The notes under the pieces were generated by a model. The model had not been told where the DNA came from. It saw only the letters and a program-made list of their open reading frames with translations, and made no database searches. A stretch of DNA of 64,000 bases from Epithemia pelagica (Eukaryota > Protista > Bacillariophyta). This document shows positions 1 through 12,900 of the stretch, one piece after another (within the stretch, counting starts at the first letter, position 1; each line of letters opens with the position of its first letter). The position numbers were made by a program, and so were the translations under genes. Location: NCBI GenBank assembly GCA_946965045.2, contig OX337228.1, forward strand, positions 3,410,001 to 3,474,000, given 5' to 3'.

Positions 1-2517
1 GGTGTCTCATACCCTCTCACAGCTGAGGAAGAAGAGCCAGCCAGACGCGCTGAGAATGAGGCAATCCTCGAATATGGCAACCATGCCTCTGGTAAGAAAA
101 ACCCCGACGCTCTTTCCAAAGTCCTCCGAAAAGACGCGTCCAAGGGTTTTTCCCTCCCCATCATGTTTCTCTGCGCAACCGAGATCAAACATAACCGGAT
201 CAGTCCAATGGGAGTAGCCCACCAAATGGGCATCGATGCCAATGGCGATCTTGTTCCCAAAGACCGTCTGACCCACGATCAATCATTTTCCCTTGGATTC
301 TGCCCCTCGACAAACGACTTGATCGATCAAAGCAAATTGATTGACCTGGTGATGGGCCACTGTTTAGATCGAGTGATCCACCAAATTGTCGCATTGCGCT
401 GGCACTTCCCAAATGATCGTATCGTCATAAGCAAATTCGATTGGTCTTCTGCTTATCGTCGCGTTCACGGAGACGGCGATGTTGCAGCAAGGAATATAAC
501 CATTGATCCATCCAATTCCTTTGCCCACCTAAATCTCCGCTTGACTTTCGGAGCTTCAGCCAATCCAGCCGAATTTTCCATCGTCTCCAAAATTGGAACT
601 GACCTCTGCAACGATCTCGCCGATTTCGACGATTGGCAACCAACCGATTGCCAATCACCACTCCAAGAAGGCATTGGGGGACCCAAGTACCTACCAGAAG
701 AATTCCCCGTAGCTCCAGCATGCGAATTGGCTGTTTCTGTCCCAACTCGTCCTCATGGATTTCATGATTCATACCTGGATGACATGATTCAAGTCTTCCT
801 CGCCACCAACCCACATCTCGCCCGATGTCCCAGTATTGTCCCACTCGTTGTCCATCTCATGACAAGGCCCGTAGCCGACAACGAACCGATCCCAAGAAAA
901 GACATGTTGGAAGCAGACAAACTCGCAGCCGAAGGCGCTCCTGCCGAAGAGCAACGAGTTCTCGGGTGGATTGTTGACACAAGGTGACTTCTCCTTCGCC
1001 TCCCAAAAGACAAGTTGATTGGTTGGACACGCGAAGTGAATCAAATGTTATCCAGTCGACGGACAACCTTCCAAAACCTTCGCAGTCTCATCGGGAAATT
1101 GCTCCATGCCACCAAAGGCATTCCACACGCGTCCTTCTGGTTGTCACGGCTACGCGAATACCAAACATTCATCGAACAAGCGTTTCGGCAAAAACAGCAA
1201 TCGAAACCACCCGACACCAACAAGGATCCAAAACAACCAAAACAAAACAGAGATGTACCACCTTCATTCTATCGGTACTCCATCCCTGAGTCCATCGCCA
1301 ACGACCTCCAAGTGTGGCCGTCCCTCCTCCAACACTCCCACGACGGCATCTCACTTAACCGACTAGTTTGTCGCGTACCCACACATCTCTTCCATGCAGA
1401 CTCATGCCCTGAAGGAATGGGCGGTTACTCTGTTCGATCCGGCAGAGCATGGCGATTCCAAATCGACCAATCAAGACTCGAAGCTCTTGCCCAACTCGAC
1501 CCATCATCTACCAACACACGCGCCAACAATCTTTTTGAGTACATCGCAATTGTTGTGTCAATGTGGGTTGATTGTTGGTACGATGACATCGATGAAAACT
1601 CGGCCGTACTGAGTCTCTCCGACAACTCATCCGCCGTCGGCTGGATGTACAAATCGTCCTTCGGCTCCGACAAGCCGCTACAGGTCCAAGTCTCGAAGAA
1701 ACTGACCGACTTGATTCTCCACCACAAGTTTGCCCTTCAAGCGGAACACATCCCTGGGAGCAAGAACGACGTGTCAGACATCCTGTCAAGATACTGGTCT
1801 CTTAACGATAACGATCTTACCCTTTTTCTTCATGAAAATTTTATGTTGCAGATTCCAGAGAATTTTCACATCAGTCCCTTGCCCAACGAAATACTATGTT
1901 GGATCTCCTCGATCGTGCCAGCGTGTCCCGCATCTTCTTCGGCAAAACCGAAGGATCGCACCAAAAGCGCGACAAATGCTGGGAACGATGGACAGAACAT
2001 CTTGACAAGATCGGATTCGGTCACGACCCGCTCCTTGAATCCATCCGAGCAACCAACCACAGAGCCAGCATTGCATGCTCCTTCTTGCAATCCCTCCGCG
2101 ATGCCGAATTCACCCCCAATCGCGACCGCTCGAACCCTCTTCGAGCAAGCACTCTTGGCCAAGCCATTGGAGACTTGGCATCGTGCTTCCGGCATCACGA
2201 CCGGCCGAGCCCCTGCCACAGTCAAGACAGCCATCACCTCCACACCCTCGTCGCTTCCCTCAAACGCGCGTGGTCAAATCTGGATCCCCCCGAGAAACGA
2301 GAAAAAGCAGTCACCGCAAAGCACCTCCGCTTTCTCTGGTTCCATTGCTGTCGAACAAACAAACTCACCAACCCACCAAGAGTCTACGACTTCTCCACAT
2401 TCAAGGCCGTCGTCGCCGACCTTGCCGGCTGTGGGTTCTTCTTCGGCTGTCGCAGTTGTGAACTCACAACCGTGCCCCACCGAGGAAAAACAAAGCTCCT
2501 TACAATCGGAGATGTAG
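1..2517 (+). pseudogene. RT-RNase H polyprotein of the YR retrotransposon, with one in-frame TGA (985-987)
   Basis: Frame is open from base 1 (GNHAS). RT motifs KFDWSSAYRRV, LRLTFGASANP, YLDD, LGWIVDT. After the TGA the same frame gives RNase H motifs ADSCPEGMGG, NNLFEYIA, SDNSSAV, HIPGSKNDVSDILSR. No methyltransferase domain seen. Confidence 0.88.
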
Positions 2518-3260
2518 TCTTCTACACGGCAAAGAAACACGAAACAATCGCCGCCAATCACCCCAACTTTCACCATCTCGCGAAGTATGTATCCATAACC
2601 TTTCGCGACCAAAAGAACAACCACAAAGCAGAAACACGGACTCAAAGCCGGACCAGCGATCCCGTACTCGACCCTGTCCTCCTCTGGGGCCGAGTCATTC
2701 GCAGAATCCTGCACTACCGTCCAAAAGCCCCTCCAACCACCACAGTAAATTGCTGGTATGACCCAACCAACCCATCTCTTCCTCCCCGTTTCGTCCGACA
2801 AGAAGACACTCGCAACCTGTTACGAGAAACCTGTGTATTGGGCGGCGGATTCAACGCCTTTGGCTACCACCCAATGGACATTGGGACGCATTCCCTTCGG
2901 TCAGGAGCAGCCATGGCTCTCTTCCTGGCTGATTGTTCTGTCACCAAGATTATGATCTTGGGGCGATGGAGTTCGACAGCATTTATGAGATACATTCGAC
3001 CCCAAGTACTCGAATGGACAACCGGCATGGCTCAACTCATGCTTACAACAACGGACTTTCGCCATGTCGATAACTCCACAGCAGCTTCCCGCGTCGCCTC
3101 CTTGGAAAACCTGCGGAATCGACTCAACAACCTTCTTGATCCAGCGCTTCAAACCAACAGCGAAACTGGTCTCGAATCACCGGATGAAAACCTCTTTAAC
3201 AACTTCAATGGCCAAGATCCCCAACATCACTTCCCCAACACTCTCCATCTCGACTTCTAG
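1896..3260 (+). CDS. Tyrosine recombinase (phage-integrase fold) of the retrotransposon
   Basis: Catalytic motifs FFGCRSCE (R), GTHSLRSGAA (HxxR), LGRWSSTAFMRY (W...Y). Overlaps the pol frame by 622 bp. Confidence 0.92.
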   Translation: MLDLLDRASVSRIFFGKTEGSHQKRDKCWERWTEHLDKIGFGHDPLLESIRATNHRASIACSFLQSLRDAEFTPNRDRSNPLRASTLGQAIGDLASCFRHHDRPSPCHSQDSHHLHTLVASLKRAWSNLDPPEKREKAVTAKHLRFLWFHCCRTNKLTNPPRVYDFSTFKAVVADLAGCGFFFGCRSCELTTVPHRGKTKLLTIGDVVFYTAKKHETIAANHPNFHHLAKYVSITFRDQKNNHKAETRTQSRTSDPVLDPVLLWGRVIRRILHYRPKAPPTTTVNCWYDPTNPSLPPRFVRQEDTRNLLRETCVLGGGFNAFGYHPMDIGTHSLRSGAAMALFLADCSVTKIMILGRWSSTAFMRYIRPQVLEWTTGMAQLMLTTTDFRHVDNSTAASRVASLENLRNRLNNLLDPALQTNSETGLESPDENLFNNFNGQDPQHHFPNTLHLDF

Positions 3261-3312
3261 CCCAGCTGGACATCGTTGGATTGTAATATCGGGTTTGATG
3301 GTAGTGGAGCCA

Positions 3313-3901
3313 TTTTTGGTTTCAGAGGCCTTCGGCAAAACTATGTGTCTATCGTTTAGATTTAGAATCTTGTTTACAAATCTCAACGGACCAAGTTTTC
3401 GGTGACAGAACCGACTGCGATCTCTCGGACAGACTGAAACGGCACGTGCCAAGGATGTTTGTCGTAGTGTCTCTTCGTTGTCTGTACTGGGTGGAGTGAC
3501 GTGGCCGATGCTGGCCAGACTCCGCGACCGACAACAGAGGTGCGACTGCTCCGCCTCCTCGACGCGAGGCGAGCATCCGATTTGATTCCCACAATCGGAA
3601 GTTTTAGGATGACCCTGATGCAGAGTCGTTGGAGCGTGAGAAGAGCTCACTCTTCTTGGGTTCAGATCTTTGCAACGACTACGAGACGAGTTCGGGATCG
3701 CAACGATTCTAGTTAGCTAATCTTAAAATTTCCCCTTTTTTGGTTTCAGAGGCCTTCGGCAAAACTATGTGTCTATCGTTTAGATTTAGAATCTTGTTTA
3801 CAAATCTCAACGGACCAAGTTTTCGGTGACAGAACCGACTGCGATCTCTCGGACAGACCGAAACGGCACGTGCCAAGGATGTTTGTCGTAGTGTCTCTTC
3901 G
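3313..3901 (+). repeat. Split direct repeats: B1 3313-3477, spacer (putative A2) 3478-3736, B2 3737-3901
   Basis: Two 165-bp direct copies 424 bp apart, with one visible mismatch (agactgaaac/agaccgaaac). Confidence 0.93.
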
Positions 3902-4200
3902 GGCCTAATATTGGTCATGTCCTATCTAGTTGAAATGGTGTACCCAAAGAGCGCTCCCGGGGTGTAATGGGTACACCCAGGGACGAGGCACTACCTAGCT
4001 AGATGGTGGGTTTGGTGTTAGGCGAATCGGAAATTCTTCCTCTACTCTGGTGGAATTATTGTTTGTCTACTCATTCATGTTTACATTGTATAGCCTCTTG
4101 ACAAAGTCCACATTTTATCTCCAACATCTACTACCTCAAAAGAAAGTCCAGATTAATTCAGAGTGTGAACAAGGTAGGGTCACCATATCAAGATCAAGCA

Positions 4201-7200
4201 TCACGATGTCTCGTCCAGAGCGGTTGTTCGATTCGCGGTGCTCTTTGGAAATGGCATCACCCCAGAGTTACAAATCGTTGAAACAGGACTACTCTGAAGC
4301 TGCATAACGATGTCCGAGAGCGCTGAACAGGTCTCCTCTGTGGCAACATCTTGTTCGTCTTGGACCAACGCAAGGATATCCGAAGCAACTCGGAGAACTG
4401 TGTTGGAGTCTCTTCGAAGGTCAAGGTGCCCTCCCTTCACCAGATCACAAAAACCGGCATGGCATATCTTTGCTTCATCGTAGTCATCAGATAAAGGCAG
4501 ATTTGTCAAGAACAACGATATCGCTAGTTCCCTGCATAGTAGGCCTGAAGCCTGAAATGGTGCTTGACCGATAAGGAAAAGTGACGCCACGGCCGATACG
4601 CAATTCTCAAAAAGTGGCAAGTAAGAGGATTTGTTTCCTTGGACAATGGGAATGATCGCGTCGACAACAGCTGCTGCATGTGGTCCCAGGAGACCTGCAG
4701 AAGGTGACCTAGAAAGTTGAATCACGCCATAAACCGACGCCTTCTTCAATTCGTCGTCTCCTTCATTGGAGACGTCATTCAGACCGAGAAGTATTCCCGG
4801 GACTAGAAGAGGCCCAATCTCCATCTGAGCATGAGGACCGCAGAATTCCACGCAGTCGTCAAATAGCCATATAGCAGCCAAGCGCGCACGTACATCTTTG
4901 CCTTCTGTGAGGAAAGATCCCAAAGCAGGCACCACGTATTCTTTGAATATTGGGTAGAACGACGGGGCAAAAAGTTTGAGAGTATAGCCCACGGAATCGA
5001 CCAATGGAGTCAGTAGTTTTTCTTCTTGTTGAAGTATTTCAAGATATGACGCCCTCTCGTCTTCTCCCGAAAACTTGCCGGAGGATGACAACAGCGCAGC
5101 AACTTTTGCACGCCTTTCAAGGCACGGGGTAATCGACGACATCCATAGCTTCACCAAGCACTTCACATCGTCCAGGGTAAAGCTACTGAGGAGTCCTTCG
5201 ATTCGTTGTTGCCTTCTAATGTAAGTGCTGTTCAATATTTCGCTTGTCCCGTCAGCAAGAGCATAGAGAGCATCGATATCATCCTCCTTCGACAATTGAT
5301 TGGTGAGTTCGAGAAGGAGATTTCTTAGAGGAAAGCATAATGAAAAGTCACCGGTTTCGTCACCGTAGCAGCTGACCGCTTCGTAAACAGCCGCAAGAGA
5401 CTGGGCTGCTGTTGCGCGCACGTCAGCAAAGTAACGAAAATGAAGCAATGGAATGAGAGAATCGAAGCATTGTGAGCCATAGGAAGAGAATAGACTTTGG
5501 AGGGCGATTGCATGCTCGTAGATACCCCGAATAGCTTCAGCTTTCTCTTCGATTTTTGAAGTGGATATTGTGAGCTTCGTAAGTCCATGCCCAGGGACAA
5601 CAACAGACACGCTTTCTTGCCCAGCTTCTTCGTCCACTTCGATAGCATTACGTTGACTTCCGTCAACATCAGCGACGGCTCCCTCCTGATGAAAAGATTA
5701 TAAGACGGAACGTGTGAGAAAATAAAAAACACATTTTATATAAGTCAAATTCACTTACCGCAATTTCAATGTCAGTAGGTGCCTGGACACGCCGGAGCAG
5801 ATGAGGCATGACCACATTCGAGTACGATGCGTACGCCTCTCCTGCGACTGAGGCAATCCGAGCACAGGATGAAAGCAGTTGTCCCAAGGGAATATTAGTG
5901 TTTGCATCATCAGGGTCTTTTTGCAAAACTGGAATTATCCATTGCATTATCAGGGTCGCATCGGGTCCAAAGATATGTCTCGCCTCTTCTCCAATTGATT
6001 GACCGACAATAGTCGCTGCCTCAATGACCGTCCCTTGGAGCTGGAGATCTTCGTATTCATTCGATTTAGAGTGCTGCGCCAAAGATAGGAGACGTGGCAT
6101 CACTTCCGAGTAATATGGTATAAATGATGGTCCCGAAACATGTGCGAGACAGATAATCGATTGAACTGCGTGACGTTGTAGAGCTGTTGACCCAGATAGA
6201 GGGCTTTGAAGTGCAGCAATAAGCTCTTGCAAATATGGTGTTATGAAGCCCTTGCTTTCAACGGTATCGGGGGAATTGGGTCGACAGTAGGATGCCAATA
6301 CTGTGCACGCCATGACTTTCACGTGATCCGAGTTTGACCTTAGTCCAGTAACTAGCGTTTGGGTAATCCGCTGCGAAAACATATTCCATATGATACTATC
6401 CTCTGTCTCGCACAGTATTGCCAAAAGTTGCAGCGATTGATATTGAACACGGAAATTACCAACCCCACCCGCCAGCTCTAGGGACGCTTGGAGTGCTGTT
6501 GGAATGTATTTAGCAAAGGCCAGCGGAGCCTCTTCTGCGCACGCCTGAATGCATACAATGGCTGCCCACTGGTTTGCCCAGTCCATATCCAGGTGACGTT
6601 CCAGAAGAGGGAGCACGACGGACATGGCCAAGTCAGGGGATGTACAAATCCACGCCTTGATCTGTTCGAAGGCATAGCCAGCCTCTCCATCATCGTCTCC
6701 GAACGTGACTTTGTCCACGACCGAGAATGTGACCTCCTGAGTCGCCCATTGCTGCACGTCAGAGTCAACTTCACCATGAAGAATGTTCATAAGGCGCGGA
6801 ATAATCGAGCTAACGAGAGATTGACGCATCGTATCTGGTAATTTGTTCTTCATGTGACCAACAAGAAGGCTGAGTACGTGGACAGATTGAACTGCAAGTT
6901 TCCTGTCTACGTCTTGCTCTGCAATTTTTAGACAAACCAGGACTGTGCGCTCCCAAGCCAATGTTCCACTTCCAACAAAAAGCTGTGGGACTGAGTGGGC
7001 TGCTTCCATCCATATGGGGAGTATCTTCTCGACAATACTGCAGTCGGAGAGCATATCGTGAAAAGACAGGAGGGGCAGAAATGCCTCAGTCCCGAGTTGG
7101 CCAACAAGTGGATTATCCACAGGTTCTGACATTGGTTCTTCAGAAGGAAGCTCGCTTCCATGTGCTAATGCACAGGCAGTTGTAATAACAAGTTCTGTTG

Positions 7201-7904
7201 CGACAACATAGAGTCGCCCTTTGTCTGGCCAACTTTGGTCCATCTCTTGATTCGAGTCATTCAAAAAGACAGGATGTTCCAACACCGACCTTATCAGTTG
7301 TGGCAAGCTAGGTAGAGCCATCTGCGTGAAAGATAAGGGTGCTTCTCTCGACAGAGATACTAGAAGCTGAAGGTTTTCCACTTCTCCCGCGGAGGCCTAT
7401 AAGGTACAAGAATTTAGTTGGTAAGACTTGGCAAGAAGGACAGGGCATGTGGACCGGATCACTTACAGAGGCAGCAACGGAGGAAAGGATTTGCGAGATC
7501 ACGATGGAGGAAGTTGATCCGTTCTGATTAGCGTCTTTTTGTCCTGATGCTTCCAGAACCTGACATATGGCAGCCAAGCAATACCCAACGGCTGTTTTGG
7601 TGGATGGTGGCATTGCTGCATGGGCTTGTATCACTGGGCTCGCCATGCTCTGCAAGAGAGCAGCATCCGTTTCTCCATCCAACTTGAGAATGTCACGTCG
7701 AAGCAGAACTGCTGCCATATGAAGTAAGGGTCCGGAAGTAACAGAAGCTGACAAAGACATCAAGGTTTGAACAAAAACAGCAACTCGATCTGTGAGGCTT
7801 GTCTCCAGCAACTGCTTCTCAGCAGCCTTTCGTTCAACATCATTGCCCGTGATCAAGTACTGCAAGGTTTCCGACGACAAGCAGGAAGTCGGTGTCGACG
7901 ACAT
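4201..7904 (-). CDS. IPO5: Importin-5 / karyopherin beta-3 family HEAT-repeat protein; exons 7467-7904, 5759-7396, 4201-5685
   Basis: HEAT-repeat segments typical of IPO5/Pse1 (AAVLLRR; RVQYQSLQLL; GTVIEAATIVGQSIG; EEKAEA..IYEHA; LLHFRYFADVRATAAQSL). GT-AG introns 7397-7466 and 5686-5758 join three ORFs in frame (about 1186 aa). Confidence 0.85.
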
Positions 7905-8187
7905 TGTAGAGGAATGAAACCTTGATCGAAGCCCAAAAGCCAAGTAATTGTGAAATGTGAATGGAACTGGAGGTGCAATGAAGAAAATGAATGAAGAATG
8001 AAGCATTCCCGCGCTCATCTTTTGTGGCGGGCTACGTCTGCGTGGGCATGTCGCGCGTGCACCGTACGTGGATGGCGTGTAAAGTCTTGAAGGTTACCGC
8101 CCACATTTTCCCTCCAACAATGGAGAAACTTGTCACCCATAGTGTCCCTAATACTTTCAACTTTCAACAAACAGTTGCGGCGACAAA

Positions 8188-9441
8188 ATGATCACAACCG
8201 CATTGATATCTCCCTCATCTTCTAACGGCACCTCAAAACGTGTTATGTCTCCTGTGAACACGAAACAGAGAGAAGGAGGAAATGCTTTCGTATCTGCGAT
8301 GTTTCATCGTTATCCTTGGGTGACCTTTTGTGGAGGAATGATGATTGGCATCCTTCTTTCGTCGTCCTTTCTTTTATTTACGGTGGTGGAGTGGAGCGTC
8401 TGTTCAGAGCCCTACCGTCGCCATCATGACTTTTTGGGTCACCGCAGCAGTCGAGATTCACAAGTCAACAGTGACAACTCTCTCTATACCACCACTTCGG
8501 ACATGAAGTTACATCCGACGGAGCTGGAAGCAATGGTGATTGACAACGGGTGGTCCATGGGCTACTTTTTCACTGGCGACAATCGCCATATTGTGGATGC
8601 AAGCGCCATCCCTAGAGACTACTTCCAACAAGTCCACTGGTTTTCTCAGCTCCGACAAGATTATCTAGTTTCTGAGTTGTTGCAGAAAAAGAGAAATGGC
8701 TATTTTGTTGATCTCGCAGCCAACGACGCCATTCGGATTTCAAATACATATGGTACGTTACCTCTAAATCGTGAAGGCTTTTTGTTGTCAGTTGTCCTCC
8801 TGATCTTTCATCCTACAGCTCTTGAGCGGTATTTCAATTGGACTGGGCTCTGCGTCGAAGCAAACAGTATGTATTGGTCGAGTCTATCATATCGAAAGTG
8901 TACCTTGATCGGAGCGGTAGTAGGACGTACTCGAATGGAAGAAGTCGTTTTCAAGTTTAGTTCGCGGAAAGGCCCCCAAAGTGGTATTGTAGGTACCGAG
9001 TACGACAACCAGCTCCAAGATCACCCCATAAATTCTTCCTTCATCCGCCCCAACAAAGAGTACCAACGGCGATCGACTGTGACCCTGACCGAGATTCTAG
9101 ATATCTTTCAATCCCCCAAAGTCATTGATTACCTTTCTCTTGATTTGGAAGGGGCCGAATACTACGCGCTAGAAGACTTTGCATTTGATCGCTACCTCTT
9201 CTGTGCGTTGACCATTGAACGACCCACTCAATCACTGAAAGTTTTGTTGCAACAACATGGATACGTCATGTTACGAGACTTGCGCCAATGGGGTGAAACC
9301 CTTTGGATTCATCAAGGCTGCCATGACAGACTTGAGCACAACCAAAGCAAACTTCAAGCCATCGTTTCAATGGATATTCCAAAATACAGCGAGCGGCTGT
9401 TGAGTCGAAAACCACAGGGTGATCATGAGTCTTCGATGTAA
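8188..9441 (+). CDS. FkbM-family (Methyltransf_21) SAM-dependent methyltransferase with N-terminal membrane anchor; intron 8753-8818
   Basis: GYFVDLAANDAIRISNTY|ALE, GLCVEAN and IDYLSLDLEGAE motifs; hydrophobic stretch near the N-terminus. A 66-nt gtacg...tacag intron is in frame. Confidence 0.85.
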   Translation: MITTALISPSSSNGTSKRVMSPVNTKQREGGNAFVSAMFHRYPWVTFCGGMMIGILLSSSFLLFTVVEWSVCSEPYRRHHDFLGHRSSRDSQVNSDNSLYTTTSDMKLHPTELEAMVIDNGWSMGYFFTGDNRHIVDASAIPRDYFQQVHWFSQLRQDYLVSELLQKKRNGYFVDLAANDAIRISNTYGTLPLNREGFLLSVVLLIFHPTALERYFNWTGLCVEANSMYWSSLSYRKCTLIGAVVGRTRMEEVVFKFSSRKGPQSGIVGTEYDNQLQDHPINSSFIRPNKEYQRRSTVTLTEILDIFQSPKVIDYLSLDLEGAEYYALEDFAFDRYLFCALTIERPTQSLKVLLQQHGYVMLRDLRQWGETLWIHQGCHDRLEHNQSKLQAIVSMDIPKYSERLLSRKPQGDHESSM

Positions 9442-9993
9442 ACAGATAAATTTGACCTTGAAATTTGCCCATGCTCTGTTGTCATGAAAACACACAACCC
9501 CATTAAAGAACATGCAGAGAGGCCAAGGTTGAGGATCGAAAGAGTGATGAGCCAATAGCAGCTCAAAACAAGACATGTACTTCGATCTGGCAGAGTGGCA
9601 ACGGTATCATGTCCATTGGACCGTTTTGATCCAATCCGTTAAACCGCGCACAAGACTACGCTGTTGATGAGACAGCCCGAATGTAGTCCACCAACCGAAG
9701 CCATACGATAACAGTCACATGATTCTATTGCTCAAGATTGAACGGACCAGAAAGTTTGGTATTTGAACGTTCCGGCTAGCTGGATGAGCGCAAATATATG
9801 GAGAACAGATTCCATTTCTTACCTGTCTCAAGATGCCATGCTCCATGGTGCATGATCGTGGCGTATGCCGTCGCTATGCTGTCCGTCCTCCGTCCGTGCA
9901 TATCTGGAGCGAGTCGCGGGGCAATGCTCACCCGCTTTTGGTAGCTGGAAGCTGGAAGCAATATTTCGAACTCGACAACGCAGACAAAGCACG

Positions 9994-12900
9994 ATGAGTT
10001 TCGAATGGAACAGCGACGACGATGGAGCGGACAACAGCGATTGGACTGACAAGCCAAATAATACGAAAGGCGACTTCAATGATTCAGCTCACATTGATTG
10101 CATGATTCCATTGGAGGACATTGCAGAGAACAACCATAATGATTGGGACATGGAGTTTGCTACTGCCAACCAAAAGGATGACGGGTCGGATGACGAGAAT
10201 AGTTTTGTCGACTGGGAAGATGCTGATCAGCCGGAGATCAGCAAAGTTAGTTCCCCTAGTGGGGTTACGACCTCAACAGTGCCTGATACTCAGGGACCAA
10301 CAAGACAGAAATTTCCAGAGCTTAAACCAGTCACGGTCAACCTTAGCGATGCAGGTATCGATGAAAAACATGAATCTCTGGGTCAACAGAAAAGGAAGCG
10401 TCCCCGCAGGCGGAATATTTGGAAATTTGCGCAATTGTCGCACACGTTACAAGCTACCTTATCAAATCTTCAGCAAGCGCATCTCTTGAGCTGGATAAGC
10501 CATGTCGTCTTTGTTTCGACTTTGCACGAAGAAGGCGACGTAATCCCGACACTGGAACTTGCTCTCGCCGCAAGTGTCATTCCTAGCACGTTTATTAAGA
10601 GCATGGATATCTCCGATAAGCCCAAAGCTCCATCTGTTCTAATGGTTCAAGATTTTTGTACATGGTTTAAACAGTATCATCACCAAAAGCGCCATGATCA
10701 TCTTGTTCAGCGGCAACAGAATCGACGTGGTCGACGGCAGCAACGACGAGGTCACCGAAGTTCCCTCAGAGATGTAAATCCTTGCAACAATATATTACTC
10801 TCTACAGCATTTAAGAAATGGATTCATGCATCCTTTCTCGGGTCATCACCCGCTGAGAACAACGAGGATACGGACCCAACCGTCGAAGGTTATCCTGTTC
10901 TCCTGGACGGCCTCTTTTCCAACCTGCTGTGCTTAACTTTAATGAGGCATGCCTTCGGATGGCGTGTTCGATGGTGCATGGTCTTGGACAATGTTATTGG
11001 ACTGGATTTGACGGTGAATCACCCGTTTTTATTGGCAGGCACTCAATGCTTATCATGTTGGACTTCTCTTGCATCAGCTTGGAGAAACCAGACATGCCAT
11101 TCTGTGGCGTTTGCTTGTGATACCAACTCCACAAATGAAGACTCCCTCCACACAAAGAAACATGGCATCAAGAAGCGCAAGCGACAACACGATAGCAACA
11201 AAGACAAGAATAAAGAAGCAAGAAATGGATATAGTGCCCGACTTCCAGTGTCGCCAGCAAAGTTCCTATGGGGTTTTATCGAAGTTCAAGTTCTTGACGA
11301 GGTTGGTTCGTGGCAAAACGGCAAGACAACTAAACCTAGGACTGTGGATTCCAAAGCAACGCTTGATTCCCTGAAACGTCATCGTTGGACTCACGTAGAT
11401 GTCAGCGATGACTGTTTCGTCTCAGCCACAAACTCTATCAACAGGACTCCATGTGACTCGGTTCGAATAGATCAGCCAATGTCGGTTGGGTCAAAATTTG
11501 CAGATCTTCAGCTACAAGCGGACCGTTTCAGTGGCTCGAGTCGACGTGACAACACTGAAAACCTAATGTCGACGTCGTTTCAAAGAAACAAACAGAACTC
11601 GCGGCTTCATTCAAACTCTCGTCGTCCTCCTCGGAACTCTGTGGTGACACCTTCGCCTGTGGCATTTGTTGTAGCTGTTGAGCATGCCTTTATCCAGAAC
11701 GGTAATTGCGAAGGCATTACTTTTTCGTCGCGCTCAACGCCTCCCTTTCGGTGCACTGATGTGACTCCAAGATACTCCTCCAGCCGCATAACTACTCTAC
11801 AAAGACGTTGTCTTTCGCGTCTTGAGATTCAAAACGAACTGGCAGATAATGCTAGCCGGCTCTCTGTATGGTGGACATCCACGCTGGACGCAATAAACAA
11901 AAAAGCCAGTAAACGTGATTCGATTGGGACGTATGCTTCAAAGGCTGATTCGAAGCCGGTAACTGGAGCAGGCTCAAAAGACTTAATTGACAGACCTTCT
12001 TATCACGTTAACAGCACCAAAAAGGGCAGAGTCATGAGTACATGTGTGACGTACCCAAAAGAAGACAACGAGCTAGGTGACTTCCAGTGTTCCGAGACCT
12101 TACAATCAGCTGACTTTGCAAGACAAAACGATGACAATGACATTGTGTTTTCCAATGACGCGGAAACTGAACCAATGCCAACCAGCAAAACAGCATTTGC
12201 TAATCATCCTATATATATTCTGAAATCTCAGCTCGGGAAAACACACGTTGTTGAGCCATCCGCGAAAGTATGCGGTCTTTTTGCAGGGGAATTTGTATAT
12301 TTGCGTCGGGATGTTACAACTGCCCTGGAACCACGCGCTTGGTTATATAAAGGGCGCAAAGTGAAATCGTGCGAACAGGATAAACCTGCCATTCGGCTGT
12401 CTCCGAGGAAAAAACCGGCGTCGAAGCAACGTTTTAAGCCGCTTAGGACATATGGTGTTGGAGTGGACAACGACAACAGTGAAAGAAAAAATGAGATGGA
12501 AAATGCTTCGTCGAGTTGCAAGGAAGATGAATTCTTGAGGAGTGGTGATCGACGACTGTATGCACTGTGGCAGACCGTACCATGGGCCCCGGAACCAGTA
12601 GGCCCGCAAGATCCGATACCGTTGAATGAGCACAAGAATGTCGAATTGGGCTTGCTAAACCCAGGTCTGGTTCACATCGATATGCCTGGCGAAGCGGTTC
12701 ATGCTGCGAAAGTGCTTGGTGTACCCTATGCGCCATGCTTAATCGGATTCGGAACCAGCGGAAAGGGGGGTCCGGTCGTTCGAGGAATTGTCGTCCATTC
12801 TCATAATGCCGCTGTGATTCAACAGGCGACAGAAGAAATAAGACAACACAAGTATGAAAAAGAAAACGACGAACGACAAGAAAGAGCTAAGAAGCTTTGG

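Larger units (their letters stand above)
1..3901 (+). mobile_element. Tyrosine-recombinase (DIRS-order, Ngaro/PAT-type split-direct-repeat) retrotransposon, 5' part outside window
   Basis: RT, RNase H and YR ORFs in DIRS order, followed by a B1-A-B2 terminal repeat arrangement ending at 3901. Confidence 0.9.

Noticed and set aside
3177-3918. Near-identical minus-strand ORFs (EETLRQTSLARAVS...)
   Set aside because: They arise from the duplicated B repeats of the YR element.
3937-3976. Short inverted repeat ggtgtaccc/gggtacacc next to the YR element end
   Set aside because: Only 9 bp, with no TSD or further structure.
9865-9993. Upstream extension of the XPC ORF
   Set aside because: Looks like UTR-derived sequence; ATG 9994 starts the acidic region that looks like the real N-terminus. 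Not verified.
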